The notes under the pieces were generated by a model, which had not been told where the DNA came from, searched no databases, and saw only the letters and a list, made by a program, of their open reading frames with translations. Position numbers and translations under genes: made by a program. Shown here in pieces: positions 55,841-64,000 of a stretch of DNA of 64,000 bases. Position 1 is the stretch's first letter. Every line of letters starts with the position of its first letter. This DNA is from Dehalococcoidia bacterium (GTDB lineage: Bacteria > Chloroflexota > Dehalococcoidia > UBA2979). The stretch covers positions 2,368,001-2,432,000 of the forward strand of contig OZ253555.1 of the NCBI GenBank assembly GCA_965262725.1, given 5' to 3'.

Positions 55841-56734
55841 TCAGCGGCCGGCCATCCGGTCGCCGCCGGCCGCCGCCACGTCGAAGGGCACATCGATCGT
55901 GACGGCCGGCCACAGTCCGATCGAACGGAGGTAGCCGACCACCCGACGCCAGGCCTCGTCGGCGCCGACGGTCAGCTGCATCATCGCGTTCTGCGGATTG
56001 GGAAAGTGCACACCGAACAGCTGGTTGATGAACGGCCGCGCAAACCCTGTCATCTGCGGCGCGCGGAAGGGTGTGCACGGCACGAACGAGAACGGTGCGG
56101 TCGTGATCTGATCGAGCATCCGCCCGTTGTACAGAACCCGGTGCCCGAACTCGACGGAGGCGTTGCCCCGCATGAGCGAGGTCTCTACGTAGAACCCGTC
56201 GATTGCGGCCTCGTCGGCGATGTCGCAGCCGCGACGGCTCATGCCGTACGGGAAGCGCTCCGCAACGACGAAGGCGGTATCGAGCATGAAGTCGAACCCG
56301 GCCTCGCCCGCGCGGACCGAGCCGAAGAAGATGACATCCCCGTCATCGAGGTCCCGAAGTACCGGTCGCGCCTCCTGCCGGCAGATCGCGTACCGCATCT
56401 GCGACCCGAAGACCCACGGGTCCGTGTTCTGGGCACGCGGCGGTGGCTTTCCCGGTGTGACGAGGCGGTGTAGCTGCGTCGGTAGTCCTGACTCGCGGGC
56501 CAAGAGCGACGTAACGCTCGTCGGAGCTTCCCACTCGCCCCAGAACCCGATCGACTGCGCCGCGGGCCGGCGCATCCACCGGCCGTCGTCACCGACCGGG
56601 ATCGCGAGTCGGGCGTCTGCGTTGATGAACTTGCGTGTATGACCGCGACCCGTGTTCCAGGCGCACCGATCATCCTGGAGGGAGCGTGCCGACGGCTCAC
56701 CGCCGGGATGATTGAAGAGGATCGCGCGTCCCAT
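55841..56734 (-). CDS. Globular hypothetical protein (~297 aa), loosely like nucleotide-modification-associated domains
   Basis: NHPGGE, HTRKF, FWGEWE, QNTDPWVFG, YAICRQ, GDVIFFGS, LDTAFVV; GGAG RBS. Confidence 0.65.
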   Translation of the reverse strand: MGRAILFNHPGGEPSARSLQDDRCAWNTGRGHTRKFINADARLAIPVGDDGRWMRRPAAQSIGFWGEWEAPTSVTSLLARESGLPTQLHRLVTPGKPPPRAQNTDPWVFGSQMRYAICRQEARPVLRDLDDGDVIFFGSVRAGEAGFDFMLDTAFVVAERFPYGMSRRGCDIADEAAIDGFYVETSLMRGNASVEFGHRVLYNGRMLDQITTAPFSFVPCTPFRAPQMTGFARPFINQLFGVHFPNPQNAMMQLTVGADEAWRRVVGYLRSIGLWPAVTIDVPFDVAAAGGDRMAGR

Positions 56735-56783
56735 CTGCGGGCTCCCTCCGCGCCGTCCCGGGGACTCTACTCGTCCGGGGGAG

Positions 56784-56965
56784 TGACCGGATTCCCTTCG
56801 CGACACCACCGCTGATGAGAGTCCAGCTAGTTGTTCCGCCCTCCATTGCTCGGCGTAGGGAGCCGGGGCGAGCCAGCCCGGGCTGCTGTGCAGGCGTCTC
56901 GTGTGCACTCGATCCGCCAGTTCTCGATCAGCACCTGCGCATTGAGCAAGCTGTCGAACTGCTCA
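56784..56965 (-). mobile_element. IS3 orfB C-terminus plus right end
   Basis: QFDSLLNAQVLIENWRIE..TRRLHSSPGWLAPA, followed by an end reading ...GAATCCGGTCA. Confidence 0.7.
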
Positions 56966-57234
56966 AGGTCGCATCCCATGGCTCCCAACCGCACCGACCT
57001 CACCGTAACTCATGGACATTTGCCCGATTACTCACCGTTCCCTCACGCGCACCGGCCGTAGTGTTCGGGGACAGTTGCCGCCGGTATCGCGTGGAGGGAC
57101 GCCGTGTGCCGATCGTAGGGACAGAGACCGTCAGGGCACGGGACCTCGGCGAGCACCCTCGTGGTACCGCGCCGGCGGCACCATCGGGTGTCCTGGTCTC
57201 CCGAAGAACCCTGTAGCCGTCAGCCGTCTGGAGC

Positions 57235-58137
57235 TTGCTTCGTTGTGCACATCGCACACCGGTCCGCATCCACCGGCGGAATGGAGATGGCGGGCCCCTC
57301 ATTAGAGATCCGAAACGGCTACACAGATTCGAACAGGCCACCGAGCTTCCTCTGCTCGCGCTGGCCCTGCTCATGGTTCCCCTGCTCGCCGCCCCGTTTG
57401 TGTTCGCCCTCTCGCCGGCCGCAGAGAGGGCTGTGCTCGGGCTCGACTGGCTCATCTGGGGTGTGTTCGCTGCCGACCTTGCCATTCGCACGTACCTGGC
57501 GCCGGACCGCCTGAAGTACCTCGCACGCAACTGGCTCGACGTGCTGATCGTGCTTCTGCCGTTCCTCCGGCCGCTGCGCGCGGTCCGGGCGCTGCGCGTG
57601 GTGCGGGTGATCGTGTATGTGCTGCGGGCGTCTCGCACGGCGCGGATTCTCATGGCGCGCAGGGGCGTGCACGGCTCGTTGATGTTTGCCGGCGTGGCGC
57701 TCTCCGTGTCCGCCCTCGTTGTGTTCTACGTTGAGCGGGATGCAGCGGGGACCATAGACGGGCTGGATGCCGCCGTGTGGTGGGCATTGGCCACGGTGAC
57801 GACGGTCGGCTACGGCGATACCTATCCCGTGACCATGGCGGGTCGGGGAGTGGCGACGTTCCTCATGCTGGTTGGAATAGGGCTGTTCGGGGTGCTGACG
57901 GCGCAGGTCGCGGCTTATTTCGTCGAGTCGTCGCGTGGCGAGCCCGACAACAACAAGATGGACGCAGTACTGACAGAGCTGAGAGAGATACGACGCCGCC
58001 TCGACGCGCAGCGCGACGACCGCCAGCTGGACACACCGAACCTGCGGCCGCATGGCGAGTCTCCCGAGCCCACCCATGCCGGACGCGCCGGAGAGTCTCG
58101 CCTCGGCGACCGTACAGCCAGTGAGACGGGGAGTTGA
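57235..58137 (+). CDS. Potassium channel (voltage-gated-like)
   Basis: Filter TTVGYGD; S4-like LRPLRAVRALRVVR. Start uncertain. Confidence 0.9.
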   Translation: MLRCAHRTPVRIHRRNGDGGPLIRDPKRLHRFEQATELPLLALALLMVPLLAAPFVFALSPAAERAVLGLDWLIWGVFAADLAIRTYLAPDRLKYLARNWLDVLIVLLPFLRPLRAVRALRVVRVIVYVLRASRTARILMARRGVHGSLMFAGVALSVSALVVFYVERDAAGTIDGLDAAVWWALATVTTVGYGDTYPVTMAGRGVATFLMLVGIGLFGVLTAQVAAYFVESSRGEPDNNKMDAVLTELREIRRRLDAQRDDRQLDTPNLRPHGESPEPTHAGRAGESRLGDRTASETGS

Positions 58138-58514
58138 GGCCGTCGCTGTGCTCGTGGGCCGGCTGCATGGGCGAGGGGTCGGCGGCGCCGAGGCACCGCA
58201 GCCGTGTGCTGATCAGTGGTCGGGCACGACTGCGACACCAGTAGTCGCACAGGGCCGGGAGAGATGACACGGGCGAGGGCCCGGCGCCGGCACCGGGGAG
58301 CTGCGGAATGAGGAGGCTGGCCGATGCGGTTGCCCCGATGCTCGCTTCCCCCTTTCCGTTCCGCACAATAGCCGCCGGCCGGGTGCCGTTCCCCGACCAC
58401 GCCGGGCGCCCGGCATGGCTGCGGTCGGTGTCGTCCGGGACCATCACGCACTCGGCACCCTCGAGTGCCTCGTGGAAGCTGGCGAGCAGTCCACTGGACT
58501 CTCCAGGCACGAGA

Positions 58515-59363
58515 GTGTCGCGATACTTCACGGGCGCTCTCGCCACACTTCTCCTGTCAGCGTTCCTGGCCCTCCCGTCAGCCTGCACACCGGAAGTGGA
58601 TGAACAGCCAGCACCAGCACAGTCGACGCTTCCCGCCGCGGCAGCAGCACCCGCCACCGCTACCGCCCCCGCAACGGCTACCGCAACCACTCAGCCGACC
58701 TCAGAGCCTGCGCCTGCATCGCCGACAGTGACTCGGCTGGAGGTAGCTGACACGGATGGGGACGGCGTATCGGTTCGCGATGCCTGCGATGATGCTCGGC
58801 GCAGCTCGGCTCCCGGAGACGGCATTCCTGAAGGCACGGCGGTGTTGCTGATCGCGCGTGGCGCGGGTCCTTGCATCGAGTGGATGCTGGTTCAGGCTCC
58901 CGACGGACGCGAGAGCTGGGTGCGGTTGCGTTACCTGGCGCCGCCGCTCCAGGAAGCCTCAGCCACACGGACGCCCGCCGCGACGGCCCGGCCGACGCCC
59001 TCGCCCTCGCCCACGGCCACACAGACGCCCGCCGTGACACCCCGGCCGACAGCCGCGCCTGCGGACACACAGACGCCAAGCGCGACGCCCGAGCCGACAC
59101 CCTCGCCCACAGCCACACGGACGCCCGCCGTGACACCCCGGCCGACGCCCTCGCCCTCGCCCTCGCCCACGGCGACACGGACGCCAACCGCGACGCCGGC
59201 GCCGACGGCGGTTCGAAGCCCCGAGGCTTTCCATTGCCATTGCCGACGCGTGATCAACGACCGAACGCGTTGTGACCAGAGATACACTGCCCAGGGAGGC
59301 CCCGGTTACTGCCACACAGGCGAGACACATGGCTCCTTCAATACCTGGCCCCCGCGCCACTAG
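58515..59363 (+). CDS. Lipoprotein with SH3-like domain, Pro/Thr stalk and Cys/His-rich tip
   Basis: LLLSAFLALPSAC; DGVSVRD...WMLVQAPDGRESWVRLRYL; HCHC..C..CH..H tail. Confidence 0.65.
   Translation: MSRYFTGALATLLLSAFLALPSACTPEVDEQPAPAQSTLPAAAAAPATATAPATATATTQPTSEPAPASPTVTRLEVADTDGDGVSVRDACDDARRSSAPGDGIPEGTAVLLIARGAGPCIEWMLVQAPDGRESWVRLRYLAPPLQEASATRTPAATARPTPSPSPTATQTPAVTPRPTAAPADTQTPSATPEPTPSPTATRTPAVTPRPTPSPSPSPTATRTPTATPAPTAVRSPEAFHCHCRRVINDRTRCDQRYTAQGGPGYCHTGETHGSFNTWPPRH
58960..59210 (+). repeat. Imperfect tandem repeats encoding the Pro/Thr linker
   Basis: Recurrent GCCACAC(G/A)GACGCCCGCCG and CCGACGCCCTCGCCC units. Confidence 0.75.
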
Positions 59364-59779
59364 GCGGGTGCCGGGATCCCGGTGCCGAGGGGGCCGCGTC
59401 TGGCACTCGGTGCTGGGTCCGAGGAGGGATCGCTCGGCTCGCGTAGGAGAGCCGCATGGCGAACATCGACCGTCGATCGGGACGGCACCGTTGCGGTTCC
59501 CGTTCGCGTGAACCTCGACGACCACCGGCTCCCGCGCGTGCCACCCGCCGCCGCCGGGCAGCGCCCCCGCCCCGAGAGTCCGTCCCCCGTAGCCATCAGT
59601 TCGCCGTCCGGCCCCTCCCCTACAGGATCCACAGGCCCGACCCATCCGGGGCAACCGTGGACACGATGGTGTCGATGTCGTGATCCAAGGCCCTGGTCAC
59701 GCTATTCGGCGTGACCCGGCGGGTCCGCTGACGGCGCGGAGGGACGACCTGGTGGCGTCGTTCACGGTGCCCGCAGCGA

Positions 59780-60030
59780 TCACGGAGGGCGAGACTGGCG
59801 CCCGCGCTCACGGGTGTGCTCGGGGAGCTGTCCCCGGCGCGGGTCATGCTCGAGGCGGGACCGTGTTCGCCGTGGCTCAGCCGCCTGGTGGCAGGCCTCG
59901 GCCATGAGGTGCTCGTCGCGAACGGCGACAGGTCGCGCTCATCGCCCGCAGCCACCGCAAGGACGACCACCTCGACGCCGAGCACCTGGCGCGCCTCGGC
60001 CGCCTCGACCTCGAGTTGCTCGCGGCGACG
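59780..60030 (+). mobile_element. IS110-family transposase N-terminal fragment, frameshifted
   Basis: RVMLEAGPCSPWLSRLVAGLGHEVLVAN / IARSHRKDDHLDAEHLARLGRLD. Confidence 0.75.
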
Positions 60031-60276
60031 GCTCGCTGCCGACCGCGTACCAGCGTGCGGCCACCCGGACCGCCCGGCTGCGAACCTCGCCGGCCCGTTC
60101 GGCAGAGCACCCGGGCAACTCGACCTCAGCTGAGTCACCGCCGCCGAGTCGGTCTGTCCGGCGTCGTCGGGATCGTGATCCGTAGATGCCCACATGCGCC
60201 GGGAGGACGCAGAGCGCCTTCGCCTCAGTGAGCCTCTGGTAGCCGACGAGCGTGCTTCCGCGGTTGTCCCGAGCAG

Positions 60277-60684
60277 TTAAGTGACTGCTAGTGGCACCCC
60301 TTCGGCGACGGCAGCCCGACCGAGTGCGCCGTCCAGTGTTGCGAGCCCTGCGCTCTCCCTCTTGGCTAGTTCCAGGTAGAGGGCGTCATAGAAGGACAGG
60401 TCATGGGCCCGTGCCAGGTCGAAGGCGGACTGAAGGTCGGGTTCCTCATCGGTTCGGATGGGCAAGCCCCTCAAGGCGTCCACGCGCTCCTTGACCCCTC
60501 CCCTGGAGAGACGCCCACGTCGCTCCGCGATCAGCAGCGCGTTGCGGGTTTCCAGATGCCACAGGTGCGGCACCAGTGCCCCGTCTTCTTCGAGAAGCTC
60601 CAACGCGCCATTTGCGCGCGGCTCCTCCTCATCGTCGAAGAGCCACGCCACGACAACCGATGCATCGACAACCAGCCCGCTCAT
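60277..60684 (-). CDS. vapC: VapC PIN-domain toxin
   Basis: VVDASVVVAW, LETRNAL, LSFYDALYLELA, LATLD. Confidence 0.92.
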   Translation of the reverse strand: MSGLVVDASVVVAWLFDDEEEPRANGALELLEEDGALVPHLWHLETRNALLIAERRGRLSRGGVKERVDALRGLPIRTDEEPDLQSAFDLARAHDLSFYDALYLELAKRESAGLATLDGALGRAAVAEGVPLAVT

Positions 60685-60944
60685 AGGCGGTGGCCCTCAT
60701 GGCGCGCGGCGAGTATCTCCTCGGTGGAGAAAGCCACGCGCTCCCACCCGGCGCGGCGCTGCCGGAAGCGCTCTACCGCCCGTTCGCGGTTGGCGCGGTC
60801 CTGCGCAGGAGCGGGAACCAGATGCGCCACCGGCTTGCCGTGCCGCGTGATGGCAACGGTCTCTCCGTGCTCGACCGCTCGGAGGAGTTCTGCCAAGCGC
60901 GCCTTGGCTTCGGTGGCTTGAATCTCACGCACATCTAACTCCAA
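60681..60944 (-). CDS. Phd/YefM-family antitoxin
   Basis: TEAKARLAELLRAVEHGETVAITRHGKPVAHLVP; ATGA overlap with vapC. Confidence 0.92.
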   Translation of the reverse strand: MELDVREIQATEAKARLAELLRAVEHGETVAITRHGKPVAHLVPAPAQDRANRERAVERFRQRRAGWERVAFSTEEILAARHEGHRL

Positions 60945-61034
60945 CCCGTTGTTCTGACCATACTACGCGATCGATTGCCCACGAACCAGGTGAACGAGGA
61001 GGACGCGAAGCCGATCAGTCGATCACCAAGGCGT

Positions 61035-61048
61035 CGAACAGGTGTTCC
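61035..61048. promoter_or_regulatory. Putative LexA (SOS/Cheo) box
   Basis: CGAACAGGTGTTCC fits CGAACRNRYGTTYC at every position; ~90 bp upstream of the antitoxin. Confidence 0.55.
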
Positions 61049-61054
61049 GCCCCG

Positions 61055-63427
61055 TCATGCGCCCTCGGGCATGCGGTAGCCGACGCGGGGCTCGGTGAAG
61101 ATGTATCTCGGTGTGTTCGCGTCGTCTCCGAGCTTGCGGCGGAGGTTCCGCAGGACGGTGCGCATCGGCCGCCGGTCGGCGGTGGGCGTCCGGCCCCACG
61201 CCCGTTGCAGCAGGTGGTCGTAGGTCAGCACGACCCCGGCATGGACGGAGAGCTCGCGGAGCATCCGGTACTCCATGGCGGTCAGGGCCAGCGGCTGCCC
61301 GGCCACGGACACCGCGCGGCGGGCGTAGTCGATTGTCAGATCTCCGAGTACATAGGGCCTGGCGGGCTCGGGCGGATCGGGCAGCACGCGCCGCCTCAGC
61401 GCCGCCCTGATCCTCGCCACCAGCTCGGTGGGCGAGAAGGGCTTGACCACGTAGTCGGAGGCTCCGTTCTCGAAGGCCTCGGCGATGGTCTTGTCGCGCC
61501 CGTACACGGACAGGAAGATGACGGGGATGTCGGCGACGGCGAAGATCTTGCCCATCACGGCGATGCCGTCGCTGTCGGGCAGGATCAGGTCGAGCAGCAC
61601 GAGATGCGGCTCCACGTCCTCGATGAGGCCGGGTACGTCGTCGGGGTCTCCGGTCACGACGGGCGCGTAGCCCGCGTTCGAGAGCACGTCCCGGACGTAG
61701 CGCAGGGTCTCGGGGTCGTCGTCCACCACCAGGATGCGCTCGTGTCCGGCCTTGTCGGTCCCTTCGTTGTTGGGGAGCCGGGTCGGCTGCGGCAGGGTTG
61801 CCTCCACGGCCGGGACGGTGAAGGTGAAGCGGGTGCCCCGGCCGGGCCCGTCGCTCTCGGCCCAGATGCGACCCCCGTGTGCCTCCACGATCCCCCTGCA
61901 GATGGCGAGGCCCAGCCCGGAGCTCTCGGCGGGATGGTCATGGTGCTCCGACGCGATGCGGGTGAACTTCCGGAAGAGGTCGGGCAGGCGTTCCTCGGGC
62001 AGGCCCGAGCCGCGGTCGACGACCGAGAACGCGACGTGGACGCCATCCTGCACGGCGGTGATCCGGATGCCGGAGCCCGTGGGCGAGTACCTGGAGGCAT
62101 TGGCGAGGAGGTTGCTCAGCACCTGCACGATGCGCCTCCTGTCCGCCATGACGTGGGGCAAGTTCGGAGACAGGTCGACGTGGAGGTCGTTCTCGCCGGA
62201 GGCGCTCGCGAACCGGGTCCGGGCTTCCTCGATGACGGTCCTGACGTCCGAGGGTTCGAGGGTGACCGGGAGCGTGCCGGTCTCGATGCGCGCCACGTCC
62301 AGGAGGTCGCTGATCAGGTAGCGCATGTGCTCGGACTGCTCGTCGATGATCCGGAAGAACTGGTCCGCTTCCGCGGGGTCGAGGTCGGATGAGGAGTCGA
62401 GCAGGGTCGCGATGGAGCCCTTGATGGATGTGAGCGGCGTCCTGAGCTCGTGGCTCACCATCGCCAGGAACTCCGCTCGCAGCCGCTCCAGTTCCTTGAG
62501 CGGCGCCAGGTCCTGCATCGTGACGACGTAGGAATCCAGTGCGCCCTCCGCGGTGTGAATCGGCGTGGCATTGAGCAGGACGCTGATGTTCCGCCCGTCC
62601 GGGACCGTCACGAGGACCTCCTCGGCCCGCACGGTCTCGCTCGCCGAGTACTCCGCGAGAGAGTGGTCGAGCGAGAACTCCCGACCGTCCGCTCGCCGGA
62701 CGGTGACGGTGCGGAGGAGATCCTCCACCGATTGAGAGTCCGTCAGCAGGCCGGCGCCGATCCTCATCGCCTCGCGATTCACCGATCGGACCGCCGGGTT
62801 CCTGGCGTCGAGCACGACCACTCCCACGGGGGCGGTGTGGACGAGAGTCTCGAGGTCGGCCCGTGCGCGCTGCTCGTCGCGGTACGTGCGGGCGTTGACG
62901 ATGACGAGCGCCGCCTCCGATGCGAACATCGCGAGGGTCTCCTCGTCCTCCCCGGTGAACTCTCCTCCCCCCTGCCTCTCGAGGAGGTAGAAGTTGCCGA
63001 CGGTCTCGCCGCGGTGGCGGATCGGCGCGCCGAGGAAGGCCGGGGCGGGACTCAGCCCGATCGGCCACGTGAGGTCGGGCATGCCCCAGCCCCGCAAGTG
63101 GGCCCGGAAGTCCTTTATCCGCCGCAGCGCCTGCGTCAGCTCGCCGAGTTGTTCCGCGACCTCGGCGCCGCCGGGGATGTCCCACAGCTCGCGGGCCTGT
63201 TGCTGCTCCATCCCGGAGGCGAGGAAGCGCGGCACCTCTCCCGTCGCACCGAGCACGCTGACGACGCCGTAGGTGGCCCCGGTCAGTGACCGGGCGCTGT
63301 CCAGCACACCCTGCAGCACCGTCTCGAAGTCGAGGCTCTCGTTGATGCGGAGGCTGGCCTCGCTCAGCCGCGAGAGCCGTGCCCGCAGATGCGCCACCTC
63401 CCGCTCCAGGTCACCGGTGTCCGTCAT
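61055..63427 (-). CDS. Soluble hybrid sensor: GAF-PAS-HisKA-HATPase-REC-OmpR winged helix
   Basis: VSHELRTPL, NLLANA, GLGLAIC, ILVVDDD, LLDLILP, KPFS, YIFTEPRVGYR; GGAGG RBS. Confidence 0.92.
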   Translation of the reverse strand: MTDTGDLEREVAHLRARLSRLSEASLRINESLDFETVLQGVLDSARSLTGATYGVVSVLGATGEVPRFLASGMEQQQARELWDIPGGAEVAEQLGELTQALRRIKDFRAHLRGWGMPDLTWPIGLSPAPAFLGAPIRHRGETVGNFYLLERQGGGEFTGEDEETLAMFASEAALVIVNARTYRDEQRARADLETLVHTAPVGVVVLDARNPAVRSVNREAMRIGAGLLTDSQSVEDLLRTVTVRRADGREFSLDHSLAEYSASETVRAEEVLVTVPDGRNISVLLNATPIHTAEGALDSYVVTMQDLAPLKELERLRAEFLAMVSHELRTPLTSIKGSIATLLDSSSDLDPAEADQFFRIIDEQSEHMRYLISDLLDVARIETGTLPVTLEPSDVRTVIEEARTRFASASGENDLHVDLSPNLPHVMADRRRIVQVLSNLLANASRYSPTGSGIRITAVQDGVHVAFSVVDRGSGLPEERLPDLFRKFTRIASEHHDHPAESSGLGLAICRGIVEAHGGRIWAESDGPGRGTRFTFTVPAVEATLPQPTRLPNNEGTDKAGHERILVVDDDPETLRYVRDVLSNAGYAPVVTGDPDDVPGLIEDVEPHLVLLDLILPDSDGIAVMGKIFAVADIPVIFLSVYGRDKTIAEAFENGASDYVVKPFSPTELVARIRAALRRRVLPDPPEPARPYVLGDLTIDYARRAVSVAGQPLALTAMEYRMLRELSVHAGVVLTYDHLLQRAWGRTPTADRRPMRTVLRNLRRKLGDDANTPRYIFTEPRVGYRMPEGA

Positions 63428-63562
63428 GCGTCCCTCCTCCTGCTTGTGCCGTGGACGGCTGGAGGCGCGTCCCGCCTGAGCCGGCCCCGGTTATACGCGC
63501 GGATCGCGAGCGTGGAGGGCCTCCGGCGTCGTCGCGGGCCGGAACTCACCCAACCTCATACC

Positions 63563-63579
63563 GATTAGAACCACTAATC
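63563..63579. promoter_or_regulatory. Palindrome GATTAG-N5-CTAATC, putative operator
   Basis: Perfect 6-bp arms in an AT-rich patch ~135 bp upstream of the hybrid kinase. Confidence 0.4.
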
Positions 63580-63675
63580 ACACTTAGCTGATGATGGAAG
63601 TACTCAAGACTATAGGCCGAGGAGGCGACTGTGAAGGAACGAGGACATAGAGCGATGAGCAAGAACACCCGCTGT

Positions 63676-63935
63676 GAGTAATCTCGAAGTCGTCGGCGTC
63701 AAGGTCGATGTCGGCGCAGTCGGTCATCGTCCAGTACGTGTGATCGCCGAGAAAGAGATAGCGCCGCGACTGCCCGAAGAAGCGGCACTCGACGCCCTCC
63801 CCACGCGCGATTCGGGCACAGAAGACATCGAGCAGCGCCTGCTGCCTATCGCGGCGAACGACGACTTACTCGTGGGGCCAGGTCTCGCGGTAGGTCACTG
63901 CCTCGCGCCACGGGCCCGTGCGATCAACGTCATGA
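63676..63935 (-). pseudogene. Degraded small hypothetical gene
   Basis: PWREAVTYRETWPHE*VVV...YLFLGDHTYWTMTDC, with an internal TAA and a 5' frameshift. Confidence 0.5.
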
Positions 63936-64000
63936 TGTCCGGTGCGTCCGCGGCGACCATGCGGCGCATTCTGTCAGGCCGCGAGCCGCACCTCCATACG

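Noticed and set aside
58960-59210. CRISPR array (also considered for 39810-41552)
   Set aside because: Repeats are in-frame coding units without unique spacers; no cas genes.

Overview
High-GC bacterial DNA in two parts. The domain repertoire and the LexA-type box suggest Chloroflexota, possibly host-associated; this is inference only. (1) About 2.5-42.5 kb is a cluster of very large exported proteins with unrelated N-terminal payloads: a kexin-like S8 protease, a spondin-like domain, a His/ATP-grasp dikinase-like enzyme and a 16-repeat RCC1-like propeller. Each sits on an Ig/cadherin/Calx-beta stalk, and all end in the same ~540-aa module: poly-Gly linker, five xPRGIWSDG blades, a cadherin-like sandwich and a twin Cys-containing ~80-aa repeat (YILGAPxFVN). 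The module occurs four times in full-length form (one split by IS5) plus five fragments, and the copies are mosaics with long identical patches. The protease appears to have its propeptide encoded by a separate, translationally coupled lipoprotein gene. Two paralogous NarL-type two-component systems (one hit by a complete IS1380), a MarR gene and many IS/pseudogene fragments are interspersed. (2) About 43.5-64 kb begins at a tRNA-Pro 3' remnant and looks like a decayed integrated element. It holds a primase-Rad52-ArdC operon, small hypothetical genes, a K+ channel, lipoproteins, vapBC preceded by an SOS-like box, and a hybrid sensor kinase/response regulator. No rRNA, intact tRNA, CRISPR array, integrase or reverse transcriptase was seen. 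All domain calls are from motif recognition by eye; no database search was run.
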